Below are positions 34,911-47,310 of a stretch of 64,000 bases of DNA, in pieces. This DNA is from Macrostomum lignano (taxonomy: Eukaryota). The DNA lies in the NCBI GenBank assembly GCA_002269645.1, contig NIVC01001238.1, positions 248,001 through 312,000 on the forward strand, given 5' to 3'. The stretch's first letter is position 1. Each line of letters begins with the position of its first letter. A program made the translations under genes and the position numbers. The notes beneath the pieces are model-generated. The model ran no database searches, was not told where the DNA came from, and worked only from the letters and a program-made list of their open reading frames with translations.

Positions 34911-35519
34911 ACTCTCAGAAATCCGGACTGCCAAGAGGATGCAGTTCGTCCCACCGCACCGAGCAGTATATATTGAATTCCCTTTGAAACTCTCGATCCG
35001 GAAGCAGACCTCGTCTCCATAGCAACCACTAGAAGAATTCTGTTCTGTTTTACACCACAGCAGCGGCTCCATGTTGGGATAAAAGTTACCAACCCCCCCA
35101 CCCTCCCCCCTCGCGCAGACCAACCGGACACAGAGACTGCTTTGGGAAACATTTCCCGCTGTTTTTGTCGCCGGAACCGCAAGGGGGTATCCGCCATGCA
35201 GATAAGGGAAGAGGGGGATTTTGCAAGACAAATTCGGCTGTCTAAGAGAGGCCGACAGGGAAGGGGCCGCCATTGCGTAACAGGCAGGTATCGAACTTGG
35301 CTGAAACAACAGCGCTATCGGCTTTCAGCAAACAGAGTCCGACAGTTTTGGTAGGGGGGGGGGGCTTCCCGGGCGCACTCGCTTCTCTTGGCACGCGAGC
35401 ATGGACTGCCGACTGAGAATGTAAACACCAGGTGTCGATGGTTTTCGTGCAAAGAAGAAATTGTAAAATTCTCGACGGAAAAATTAAAGTAAAAGTGGGA
35501 ATGGAAGGAGACAGTTCAG

Positions 35520-36110
35520 GATGAGAGTGACACAATGAGAGTGACCAAAAAGAGTGACAATAAGAGTGACTAAAAAGAGGGACAATGAGAATAGCAAAAA
35601 GAGTGACACAGTAAGAGTGACACGATAAGAGTGACACAATGAGAGTGACCAAAAAGAGTGACACAATGAGAGTGACACAATGAGAGTGACACAATGAGAG
35701 TGACACAATGAGGGTGACACAATGAGGGTGACACAATGAGAGTGATACAATGAGAGTGACACAATGAGAGTGACACAATGAGAGTGACACAATGAGAGTG
35801 GCACAATGAGAGTGACACAATGAAAGTGACACAAACAGAGTGACACAATGAGAGTGACACAATGAGAGCGACACAATGAGAGTGACACAATGAGAGTGAC
35901 ACAATGAGATGATACGATGAGTGACACAAACAGAGTGACACAATGAGAGTGACAGAATGAGAGTGGCACAATGAGAGTGACACAATGAGAGTGACACAAT
36001 GAGAGTGACACAAACAGAGTGACACAATGAGAGTGACACAATGAGAGTGACACAAACAGAGTGACACAATAAGAGTGACACAATGAGAGTGATACGATGA
36101 GTGACACAAC
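35520..36110. repeat. 14-bp minisatellite GTGACACAATGAGA
   Basis: Direct reading. Confidence 0.95.
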
Positions 36111-36536
36111 TAAAGTGTCCGAAAGATGGTAGAAGAATATTATAAATGGCAGTCTGGGAACTTTATTTCTAGAGCATGTTCAATTCTATATTCGAACTTC
36201 TAAATGAGTCTTAAAACAATTCCTGCAAAAAAGCATATTAGCAAGCCGATCGCAAATAGCAACAATTGTCGCATATTTTATCGATTTAGCCGAGTTGCGC
36301 CAAAAAATCGATACTGACACCCCTAGCGTGGGATTTATAGTGCATGCCACCCTGCACAGAGAAGTTCGAGTCTGCGCTGGGCTCAGATAAGGACAGCCTC
36401 GAGCGCTATTTAGGCCCGAGTTTGGCGCTCGGCAACCGCCCACGCACAGTGGGAAGCAAAGTGTAGCAGCGAGTTAGTAAAATAATATTCTGCTCTGCAG
36501 CGGCGGTCGGGTGCGGCAACTGAAAGCTACGAAACG

Positions 36537-39500
36537 ATGGACTTTTGGACCATAGACTATGGGCCCAGCGCCTCCGCAACTGCGGCATACGAGGGACTCC
36601 GTAACAACACTGGTGAGTGCGGGGCAGCACTTCAATGCGGCGATGTTGATAGTCAAATAATCCTAAATAGTAATGAAATGTGGGACTGTTTATCCTACTT
36701 ATAGTATAGCTGGGCGGTGTTAGAGTGACATTCTAGCACGATTAAAAAACTAATATAAATAGACTAATTGTGTTTACCTTTAACATACAGTTCCCTACCG
36801 TTCACACACTACCGTTCACACACTATCGTTCACACACTTATCGTTTACGCTCTACCGCTTACACAGTATCTTTCACACACTATCGTTTACACACCATCGT
36901 TCACACACTATCGTTCACACATTACCGTTCACGCTCTACCATTCACGCTCTACCATTCACGCTCTACCATTCACGCTCTACCATTCACGCTCTACCATTC
37001 ACGCTCTACCATTCACGCTCTACCATTCACGCTCTACCATTCACGCTCTACCATTCACGCTCTACCATTCACGCTCTACCATTCACGCTCTACCATTCAC
37101 GCTCTACCGGTCACACACTACCGTTCACACATGGCAGCCGAGGCCGCTCTAATGTCAGCAGCAGCAGACTCCGCCTCATCACCAGGAGCCCATGGCAACA
37201 GCGCCCAGCTGCTGGTGCTCACTGGCCTCCTCTGCGTCGCAGTCCTCATCGCAGTCGTCACTGCGGTGGCCGTCACCTCGTCGGCTTGGGTGAAGAAGGA
37301 CCATCAGCACATCGGTCAGCCAATCAGCGACGAGCTGGCGCCGGCATCCGCGCCTGCCACCCGGCGCTGCAGCCTCGACAGAAGCAGCGCCAGGAAGAGC
37401 GCCAGCTCGGACCGGCTGGACCGGGTGGATCTCGTCAGCGACTGCGTCGACGATGTCCGTCGAGATCAGGTCAAAGGTCAAGGCGAAGACGCGGTCGAGA
37501 AGGTTTCGGTTGAAGGTCCGGTGGAGCTGCGGTTTTGTACGAAACTCGACCTGGCGGAGGGCATCGTGTACTTGCGCGGCTTCCGGCTGGGGTTCGCCAC
37601 CCTGCCCGGCTGTGAGTGCGGACTGGGGATTGTGATGGCGTGAATGGAGAATTGGGAGGGCGTGAACTGAGGATTGGGAGGGTGTGAACTGAGGATTGGG
37701 AGGGTGTGAACTAAGGATTGGGAGGGTGTGAACTGAGGATTAGGAGGGTGTGAATGGAGGATTGGGAGGGTGTGAACTGAGGATTGGGAGGGTGTGAACT
37801 AAGGATTGGGAGGGTGTGAACTGAGGATTGGGAGGGTGTGAACTAAGGATTGGGAGGGTGTGAACTGAGGATTGGGAGGGTGTGAACTGAGGATTGGGAG
37901 GGTGTGAATGGAGGATTGGGAGGGTGTGAATGGAGGATTGGGAGGGTGTGAATGGAGGATTGGGAGGGTGTGAATGGAGGATTGGGAGGGTGTGAACTGA
38001 GGATTGGGAGGGCGTGAACTGAGGATTGGGATGGCGTTAACAGAGGATTGGGAGGGCGTGAACAGAGGATTGGGATGGCGTGAACAGAGGATTGGGATGG
38101 TGTGAACTGATCTTTGGAAAAGTGTGAACTGAAAAGACTTGAGGGTGTGAACTGATCTTTGGAAAAGTGTGAACTGAAAAGACTTGAGGGTGTGAACTGA
38201 TCTTTGGAAAAGTGTGAACTGAAAAGACTTGAGGGTGTGAACTGATCTTTGGAAAAGTGTGAACTGAAAAGACTTGAGGGTGTGAACTGATCTTTGGAAA
38301 AGTGTGAACTGAAAAGACTTGAGGGTGTGAACTGATCTTTGGAAAAGTGTGAACTGAAAAGACCTGAACTGAAAAGAAAGTTCTGTTAGCATTGCAGAGG
38401 AATTTTATTCTACTCTCTACTACAAGTAGTCTATAAAATGCGCACCGCTCTCAATATCATTGCAGCAAGCCGTTTGGACTCCGGCCGCTGGCGGGCGAAC
38501 ATCGACATTGACGACAGCTGCTCCGGCGGCTGCCACCGATGGAGCATAGAGGCTGGCCTGAGGAGTCGGCGGCGCGGCCGCAGGGAGGCAGCGGCTGTGG
38601 CGGGGGCGGCCTGGCAGACGGAGGCCATCGACTACGTGGTCAGCCTGCGGCTGGGTGGCGGCCGCCTCTCGGCCGAGCTGCCGCACAAGCGGCGCCTGCG
38701 GCTGTCGGCCTGGGCCGCCGAGCTCAGCGGGGGAAGTCGCCTGCGTCTGGGGGAGTTCCAGCTGCCGCTGCATCTGGTCAACGAGCCGGGGATGGAGTTC
38801 GGCGCCGAGTTCACGCCGACGACGGGCGATGTTAGACAGGTGAGATTTCAGGTGAGATGAATGAGGATTCAGGTGAGATGAATGAGGATTCAGGTGAGAT
38901 GAATGAGGATTCAGGTGAGATGAATGAGGATTCAGGTGAGATGAATGAGGATTCGGGTGAGATGAATGAGGATTCAGGTGAGATGAATGAGGATTCGGGT
39001 GAGATGAATGAGGATTCAGGTGAGATGAATGAGGATTCAGGTGAGATGAATGGAGATTCAGGTGAGATGAATGAGGATTCAGGTGAGATGAATGAGGATT
39101 CAGGTGAGATGAGTGGGGATTCAGGTGAGATGAATGAGGATTCAGGTGAGATGAATGGGGATTTAGGTGAGCTGAATGGGGAATGAGGATCGAAGGCAGC
39201 TGAGGCAAGCCCACTCCATATCTTTACTTTTCCACCCGCCCTCCCCAGTGCCAGCAGCTCCGCCCGCCGCAGTTCCCGTCGTCCCAGTCGACTTCCCTCC
39301 CGTCGCGGACTCCCCGGCTGCACCTGGGCTTGCTGTACAGCCCCGGCGCCCACATGTCCAGCATCAGCGTCCGCCTGGTTGAGGTATTCGACCTGGACCA
39401 CTCCGGCCCATCGCCTGGTCACGTGACCGCATCGGTGGCCCTCAGTCCGGGCGACCAATCGCAATCGCCCGGCGCCTGTCTGACCGCCTGCCCGACTGGC

Positions 39501-39752
39501 AGCCAATCAGCTTTCATCTTCGACTGGTCGCAGCCGGCCACGGTTCTGGCCATAGACAATGTCCGGATGCAGGCCGCGTCGGTTGGTGTAGCTATCTGTG
39601 TTGCCATTGGCAACGGATATTGCCTGCGGCCGGCCGGCCGGATTCTGCTCAGTGACTTTGCCTTGGCCAGCAGCAGCTCCGCGATGCGCCATTGGACAGC
39701 GGCGGTGGCGCGGCCGAACTCCTGGGTCTGGCTCGCCCACGCCTGCCGATGA
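36537..39752 (+). CDS. Highly divergent synaptotagmin-like protein (luminal N-terminus, one TM helix, tandem C2-like domains; ~488 aa)
   Basis: Phase-consistent exons 36537-36612, 37138-37611, 38427-38839, 39249-39752. NNT sequon; TM LLVLTGLLCVAVLIAVVTAVAV; C2A-like end LRLSAW...RLGEFQLPL; C2B-like start RLHLGLLYSP and end GRILL...RHWTAAVARP...LAH. AATAAA near 40242. Confidence 0.62.
36780..37130. repeat. 14-bp minisatellite CACGCTCTACCATT and related units (intron 1)
   Basis: Direct reading. Confidence 0.9.
37640..38365. repeat. 22-bp minisatellite switching to a 45-bp dimeric unit (intron 2)
   Basis: GAGGGTGTGAACTGAGGATTGG units, then GTGTGAACTGATCTTTGGAAAAGTGTGAACTGAAAAGACTTGAGG units. 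Confidence 0.93.
38840..39180 (+). repeat. 21-bp minisatellite starting at the splice donor (GTGAGATGAATGAGGATTCAG)
   Basis: About 15 units, each recreating CAG|GTGAGA. Confidence 0.93.
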
Positions 39753-39879
39753 GACCTGGGCTGGGGTTGAGTTTGTTGGAGTACGCGCCGATTCAGACTT
39801 AGCTGCAGCTTCTCTGTCCCTTTCTTAGCCAATCAGAGGCAAGCTTTGCCTACCTGTCCATCTTGCGCCCCCTCACTCC

Positions 39880-40150
39880 TGCGCCCACCTCACTTCCTCA
39901 TCCACCTCACTTCCTCACCCACCTCACTTCCTCACCCACCTCACTTCCTCACCCACCTCACTTCCTCACCCACCTCACTTCCTCACCCACCTCACTTCCT
40001 CACCCACCTCACTTCCTCACCCACCTCACTTCCTCACCCACCTCACTTCCTCACCCACCTCACTTCCTCACCCACCTCACTCTCCCACCCACCTTACTTC
40101 CTCACCCACCTCACTCTCCCACCCACCTCACTTCCTCACCCACCTCACTC
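39880..40150. repeat. 17-bp minisatellite CCCACCTCACTTCCTCA
   Basis: Direct reading. Confidence 0.95.
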
Positions 40151-41239
40151 CCTCCTCCCTATTCAGCTTCAGCTGCTGAAGTACTAAGCGAGTTGCCCGC
40201 GTCAGGTTCTGAGTTCAACCGAGCGATCTTCTGACCGTAATAATAAATATACTTCGAACTTTCGGATGCAGTCATTCTACTAATAAGTAGCATCGATAGT
40301 TATTTTAGTAGTTTAGTTTTCTCATGTGGGCCTCTATATCAATGCATTCTGCACAGTCTGTAGAGCAAGTTTATCCGAATGTCGAATCCAGCCCGTGACA
40401 GCTGAGCACGGTTTGAGCATTCCAGGCCTGAGCAATACTAGAAAGCAAGGTAATCATTTTCCAATTTGAAGCCGGGGGCAAAAGCAGTCAGTCACAGGTG
40501 GCCCAGGTCGGATGTCACGGCTCGGGCCCCGCCTATAGTTGGCCCCGGCCGCCCCACCCCCTGCCATTTCAAATGGCAACACAAAATAATTGCTGCTTTC
40601 GCCAGCCCTCCGTTGCTGGCCAAAGCAAAAAAAGGGAGCACAGGGGGTCCCCGTCGATCTCAGCGCCACACCCAGAGCCCCCCTCGATTCTTCTGTCATC
40701 TCCGCGGCCTGCCAGCCCCCGTGTCCTCAAAAAGCACTTTGCTTTCAGTGAAGGATTTTCCCCGCTTTTCCTTCTGTTTTTGCTTTTTGCCGCGATTTCC
40801 GCTATTTGCTTCTCTGTCTTCTTTATTTGAGTGAAAACGAATTATTTCCTACCTTAATCATCTTACTGGGGATTGGGGCGGCCTTGAACACCTGTTGTCG
40901 ATTTGCTGTAAATATTCGCTTTGAACCGGGTGGGCTTGGGAAACGAATAGGAAGGAAGGAGCCGCAGCTGGGGATTAAACTTCAAAGACTTTTGGGACAG
41001 GATGGAGAATTGCAGGTTGCAGCTTGGCAATGGTTTGAAATTTGAAAATTAATTGGAGACTCAGTGGAGGGCTGATCTGCTGTTCTGCTGAGATGCAAGG
41101 AAGTCAGTTGATTTTGAAGGGAAGAGGCAGGGGCGTGCAGATGAGGCGGCTAAGAGATTCAACAAGGCATTAGAGATTGCAGGTGGAGATTAGAAACCGC
41201 AGGTGAGATTTGTGACTTTAGATAGAGATTAGAGATTTT

Positions 41240-41600
41240 AGGTATTGAAATCAGATCACAAGTAGAAATTAGAGATCACAAGTAGAAATTAGAGATCACA
41301 AGTAGAGATTAGAGATCACAAGTAGAGATTAGAGGTTACAAGTGCAGATTAGAGATCACACGTAGAGATTAGAGATCCCAAGTTGAGATTAGGGACTACA
41401 GGTAGATATTAGATATTACAAGTAGGGATTAGAGATAAAAAAATCGAGAGATCTGGGATCACAAGTAGAGATTAGAGATCACAAGTAGAGATTAGAGATT
41501 ACAAGTAGAGATTAGAGATTACAATTAGAGATTAGAGATCACAAGTAGAGCTTAGAGACTACAGGTAGAGATTAGATATCACAAGTAGAGATGAGAGACT
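41240..41600. repeat. 20-bp minisatellite AGAGATTAGAGATCACAAGT
   Basis: Direct reading. Confidence 0.9.
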
Positions 41601-42277
41601 TCAACTAGAGATTTTGTGGTGGAGAGTAAAGATTAACGTTGGCAGGTGAGATTAGAAGTCATACATAGTGGTGGATCAGATCAAATCAATCAATGGAACC
41701 TGCAGGATGAGATAAAAGAGATAAGCAAGAGAATGAGTAGAGAGAGCTAATCGAAGATTGCTGAGACCAGCTCAGTGACTCAGCCGCAGACTGCAAGGCA
41801 GACTCGGACACGTTGCTATTCGGGAATCTGGGAGGGAGGCGGGGGATTGAGTCCTGGCTGGCAGATGTTGGCTCTCATCGTGATGGGATAAAAGAGGAGC
41901 AAAAGACGCCGGGGATCGTGAGTGACATCAAAGACTCGAAAAATCTTTTGTTGAATTTTCAATTCTGCACTCGAATTGGCCTGCCGCCCCCCCCCCCCCT
42001 GCAGAAAAACATCTGCAGACATCTTTGTCTACTAGAGAGTTTCGCTCAGTTGCTTGTCGGCTCGGAACTGCGTCGTGCCTCTCGATTTCATGGATTCTGG
42101 GCACGACGGAGCTCCAGTCTTTTTCTAAGAAAAACTATTTTATTTTCGTTCCAGAGGCTTAAAAATTGCTGTCTCGGTACGCAGACACTCTTTATAAACT
42201 GGTAATTCGCATCGATTCTTAGAAATTCTGTTTACTTAGAAGTTTTTTGTGATTTTTTAAACAAAATTTTCTTATAA

Positions 42278-42520
42278 ATCAGACTATTTTCTTGGAAAAT
42301 CCGTTAAGATTGATATTCTAAAATAAAAAAGCAGAAATTAGAGTTGGCCTGGAATCCGTTTTACGGGAAATATTTTCTTAGAAAGGTACATAAAAATTTC
42401 TTAGAAATAAGGCTATTTTCTTAGAAAATCCGTTAAGATTGATATTTTAGAATAAAAAAACTGAAATTAGAGAGTTCGCCCGGAATCCGTTTTACGGGTA
42501 ATGTTTTCTTAGAAAGGTAC
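42278..42520. repeat. AT-rich ~130-bp tandem duplication
   Basis: CTATTTTCTT...ATCCGTTAAGATTGATATT...GGAATCCGTTTTACGGG...AGAAAGGTACA present twice. Confidence 0.8.
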
Positions 42521-43237
42521 AATAAGTTTCTTGGAAATATAATCCAGAGTTATACGCGTTTCTCGTAAAAATGAAATGAATTACGTCTTCATTCTTTGAA
42601 TTAGTCTCTGAGGATATAAAGAATTAGTTTCTGTAACATGACCCCCTGCTCCGTATAATTTAGGCATTTTCATTGCCCCGTGACCCCTAGATGGGGGGTC
42701 AAGCCCACGGGGGTCGCGAAGCGAAATCAATCGATAGGTCTGTCCCAGTCGGATCCCATATCCCCAGCAATATAAATCCCATCATCCATCTCAGTACCTT
42801 TTCGCATAGATTAATCCACAGGTCTCAAAGCGCCATTCTCACGCCCTGGCCCGGTACTGGCGAATCAATGATGATGCGTCTTCTCAAATCCAGCTTCCTC
42901 AGCCAACTAAGTCAACTGTGTAATCAATCTCTGCGACCACACTGACTCGACAGGTATCGCAGCCCTCCTCCCCCCAGATCTGCTCTCCCAGAGGATTATT
43001 ATATCATCGATAACACACACTTGATCGCTGAGGAGAGGAGCTGTGGGCGGCGAGCAAACAGGCTAGCAGAGCCTCTGCTCAACTGAGAATCTGCTGGCAC
43101 AGCCAAGGCTGTTTGGATTGGATGATAATCATTGTCTGGGGAGGTTCGATAATGCAAATAGAATCGCATTATTTAGCTTAATAAACATATGATTACCTAA
43201 TTGTGGGGTCGGGATGGCAGTCATGTCTTACTCAGCG

Positions 43238-44072
43238 AAGGGAGGGGAAGGACAGGTGAAGGGAGGGGAAGGACAGGTGAAGGGAGGGGAAGGACAGGTG
43301 AGAGGAGGGGAAGGATAGGTGAGAGGAGGGGAAGGACAGGTGAGAGGAGGGGAAGGACAGGTGAGAGGAGGGGAAGGACAGGTGAGAGGAGTGGAAGGAT
43401 AGGTAAAGGAGGGGAAGGACAGGTGAGAGGAGGGGAAGGACAGGTGAGAGGAGGGGAAGGACAGGTGAGAGGAGGGGAAGGACAGGTGAGAGGAGGGGAA
43501 GGACAGGTGAGAGGAGGGGAAGGACAGGTGAGAGGAGGGGAAGGACAGGTGAGAGGAGTGGAAGGATAGGTGAAGGGAGGGGAAGGACAGGTGAAGGGAG
43601 GGGAAGGACAGGTGAAGGGAGGGGAAGGACAGGTGAGAGGAGGGGAAGGACAGGTGAAGGGAGGGGAAGGACAGGTGAAGGGAGGGGAAGGACAGGTGAG
43701 AGGAGGGGAAGGACAGGTGAGAGGAGGGGAAGGACAGGTGAAGGGAGGGGAAGGACAGGTGAAGGGAGGGGAAGGACAGGTGAAGGGAGGGGAAGGACAG
43801 GTGAGAGGAGGGGAAGGACAGGTGAGAGGAGGGGAAGGACAGGTGAGAGGAGGGGAAGGACAGGTAAAAGGAGTGGAAGGACAGGTGAGAGGAGGGGAAG
43901 GACAGGTGAGAGAAGGGGAAGGACAGGTGAGAGAAGGGGAAGGACAGGTGAGAGGAGGGGAAGGACAGGTGAGAGAAGGGGAAGGACAGGTGAGAGGAGG
44001 GAAGGACAGGTGAGAGAAGGGGAAGGACAGGTGAGAGGAGGGGAAGGACAGGTGAGAGGAGGGGAAGGACAG
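43238..44072. repeat. 21-bp minisatellite GGAGGGGAAGGACAGGTGAGA
   Basis: About 39 units. Confidence 0.96.
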
Positions 44073-45644
44073 GGGAAAGAAGAAGAAATACAGGTGAAGG
44101 GAGACGGGTGCACATGAGAAAAGACAGGTGATGGGAGACGGGTGCAGATGATAAAAGAGCAGTTTTTGTGTTTAATCTTACCATGCTTCAACGTTACACC
44201 CGTCTTCAACATGCAGAAATTAGTCTCAGTTTCACTGACACACGACGCATTGCCTCATCAGCCTCGCTGAGCCATGGGGTGTCCAGCCAGTGCAGCCGCG
44301 CTCCTATTGGCTGGGCCTCCCAGCCAATGGGAATCGTCCTCAGCAGATCCAGTCTAGCATGGCAAGAGAGCAGACAATTTAAGGCGGGAACATCGGCAAT
44401 TCGGGCCGCGAACTCCGCACGAGGGTCATCAAAAGACTGAAACGGGTTTCGAAGGCCCACAGCAATCTGGCGAACACGGCTGCAACAATCGAGTTAGCTG
44501 CTTCAAAACAGTGAGTTGCTTCTGCTTTTGCTCCGGGCAGGTGGTGGGGAAACGAGGTCAGAATTTTGCTCATCCTCAGAGCGGCAAATCCTCGGGCCTG
44601 CAGTTCAGGAGAGAAGGGGAAATCTTATCAGCTTTGCCTCCCGACCCGGCCCGCGAATCCCTTTGGCTTTTTGGCCTTTTTGCTACAACTCAACTCGCCT
44701 GGCTTGAGCAATGCAGGCTGAGCTCAAAGCAGCTCCAGTGGCTTAATTATCCCCTTGTAGGCTTTCGAACTTTCGATTAAAACCTCTCTGTGTGTGTATC
44801 GAAATTAGCCAGGTAACTAACTCGCTTGAGTCAAACACGGGAACAGAGCAGGCAGTTTTTTGGCTAATCAGATCTTGATAGAGTCGGTCCTGTGTGCGTC
44901 ACCGGCAGCTCCTCTGCTTCTGGAGAGCCCCAATGTTTGCCCCCGGCGGCCATAGCGGGTCTTGGAACTGCCGCTGTTTGGCCTGAGCAAATTCTTTCAC
45001 TGCATCCTCATTTCTAAATCGGGGAATAGAAATTGCCAAATTTACCGCCCAGATTCCTTCCTGCACTCCCCCAAGACTGGATGGAGAGTTCCGTTGAAAA
45101 ATCTCGGCCGGTTTCTTAATTTAGTGGAGTCTGCTGCTCACCTGGCTGAGAGGGGTGGGGGTTGGCCCATAGAGGGCGGGGGTCGCCGGGGTCTCCTCTT
45201 CAGCGCCCTCTTCGCCCTCGAGAGCCTCAAGTCCCGGTGCCTCTCCTATTTATACTCCCGCAGCGGGCTGGGGAATCAAGTGGAAGCCTCGCCGTCCTCC
45301 ACAGCCCCACACGATTGCATCATCGGGGAAGCGCTTGAGCAATATTGTTCGGGATCAAAATCCCATTTTTCAGTTTGAGAAAGATTTTTGAGAAAATAGA
45401 GGCGTGGCGAGAATTGAGCTTTAGGAAATTGGTGGGGGATTTTACCCTCTGACACAGCTGCACACAGAACCTGCTCCGCTCCGCTGCTCTTCTGGGACTG
45501 GCTCTGGTCAGATCCCGATTGGGGTTCGGTGGATTGATGGCTGAGGGATGCTAAGAGAGAATAGAAGAGAAGGATGCTGAGAGGCTGAAGATGGAGATGA
45601 CAAGATAGCAATTGAAATAGAGGGGAACAAAGAAGAGTTGAAGA

Positions 45645-46285
45645 TGAGGAGGGTGAGACAGAGAGGGTGAGACAGAGAGGGTAAGACAGAGAGGGTAAGA
45701 CAGTGAGGGTAAGACAGAGAGGGTAAGACAGAGAGGGTAAGACAGTGAGGGTAAGACAGGGGGTAAGACAGAGAGTATGAGACAGGGAGGGTAAGACAGG
45801 GGGGGTGAGACAGGGAGGGTGAGACAGGGAGGGTGAGACAGGGAGGGTGAGACAGGGAGGGTGAGACAGGGAGGGTGAGACAGAGTGTGAGACAGAGAGA
45901 GTGAGAAAGCGAGGATAAGACAGAGAGGGCGAGACAGAGAGGGTAAGACAGAGAGGGTAAGACAGAGAGGGTAAGACAGAGAGGGTAAGACAGAGAGGGT
46001 AAGACAGTGAGGGTAAGACAGGGGGTAAGACAGAGAGTATGAGACAGGGAGGGTAAGACAGGGAGGGTGAGACAGGGAGGGTGAGACAGGGAGGGTGAGA
46101 CAGGGAGGGTGAGACAGGGAGGGTGAGACAGGGAGGGTGAGACAGGGAGGGTGAGACAGGGAGGGTGAGACAGGGAGGGTGAGACAGGGAGGGTGAGACA
46201 GGGAGGGTGAGACAGGGAGGGTGAGACAGGGAGGGTGAGACAGGGAGAATGAGACAGGGAGGGTGAGACAGAGGGTGAGATAAAG
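45645..46285. repeat. 15-bp minisatellite GAGGGTGAGACAGGG / GAGGGTAAGACAGA
   Basis: Direct reading. Confidence 0.95.
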
Positions 46286-46909
46286 AAGGTGAGACAGATG
46301 AAACGACAAGCTAAAAGCTGAAACGCAGAGGCTAGAAATCAAAGTACAGAGGATTCTGCAGAGGTGCATGGCAACCGTGCAGCACGCAGGCTCCACAGTG
46401 GCACTCCAGCTGTCGTACTTGAACAGCTGTTGAAGACCTCAACTCAACTGCTCATATTTCTGATATTTGTTTTCATTAATCCCACTGGAACCTGCCACCC
46501 ACTGGGATCTCAGTGGCACCCGGCCTGTCAGCCAAGCAGAAATCAATATTGAAAACGGCCGGGAGCTCCCAGTTGTAATCACGGTAAAGTATTTTCATAT
46601 ATAAGCCCCCCCCCCTGATCTGTTTTGCATTTCTCTGCCAGCAGATTCTTCTTTTGTGTGTTTCACTGGGGCTTGTTTGCTTTCTCTTTCTGGCTGTCTG
46701 GCTTGCTCTAGTTCGTTTGCTTTCGCAGTGTTCTTCTCTCTGCTTTCACATGTAACTGCCTCACATGGGTGCCTCTGAATGCCTCTGTATAGTGTCGCTT
46801 GTGCGTTCCTGTCTCTGCGCCTCCTTGAATGTAATTGAGTAGCTCTGTGGGCTTTTGTGTGCCTTCAGTGACTGCGTGTCTATGGGCTTCTGCGCGTGTC
46901 TATAGGTGT

Positions 46910-47310
46910 GGAGGTATTTATGAGTGTCTATGGGTGTCTATGGGTGTCTATGTGTGTCTGGAGGTATATATGAGTGTCTATGGGTGTCTATAGATGCCTA
47001 TGGATGTCTATGAATGTCTATGGGTGTCTATGGGTGTCTATGCTAGTATATGTGTGTCTATGGGTGTCAATAGGTGTCTTGGATGTCTGTGGGTGTCTAT
47101 GGTGTCTATGGGTGTCTATGGATGTCTATGGGTGTCTATGGATGTCTATGGGTGTCTATGTGTGTCTGGAGGTATATATGAGTGTCTATGTGTGTCTGGA
47201 GGTATATATGAGTGTCTATGGGTGTCTATAGATGCCTATGGATGTCTATGAATGTCTATGGGTGTCTCATAGGTGTCTTTGGGTGTCTGTAGGGTGTCTA
47301 TAGGGTGTCT
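46910..47310. repeat. 10-bp minisatellite GTCTATGGGT
   Basis: Direct reading; a second shorter array lies at 48380-48525. Confidence 0.92.
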
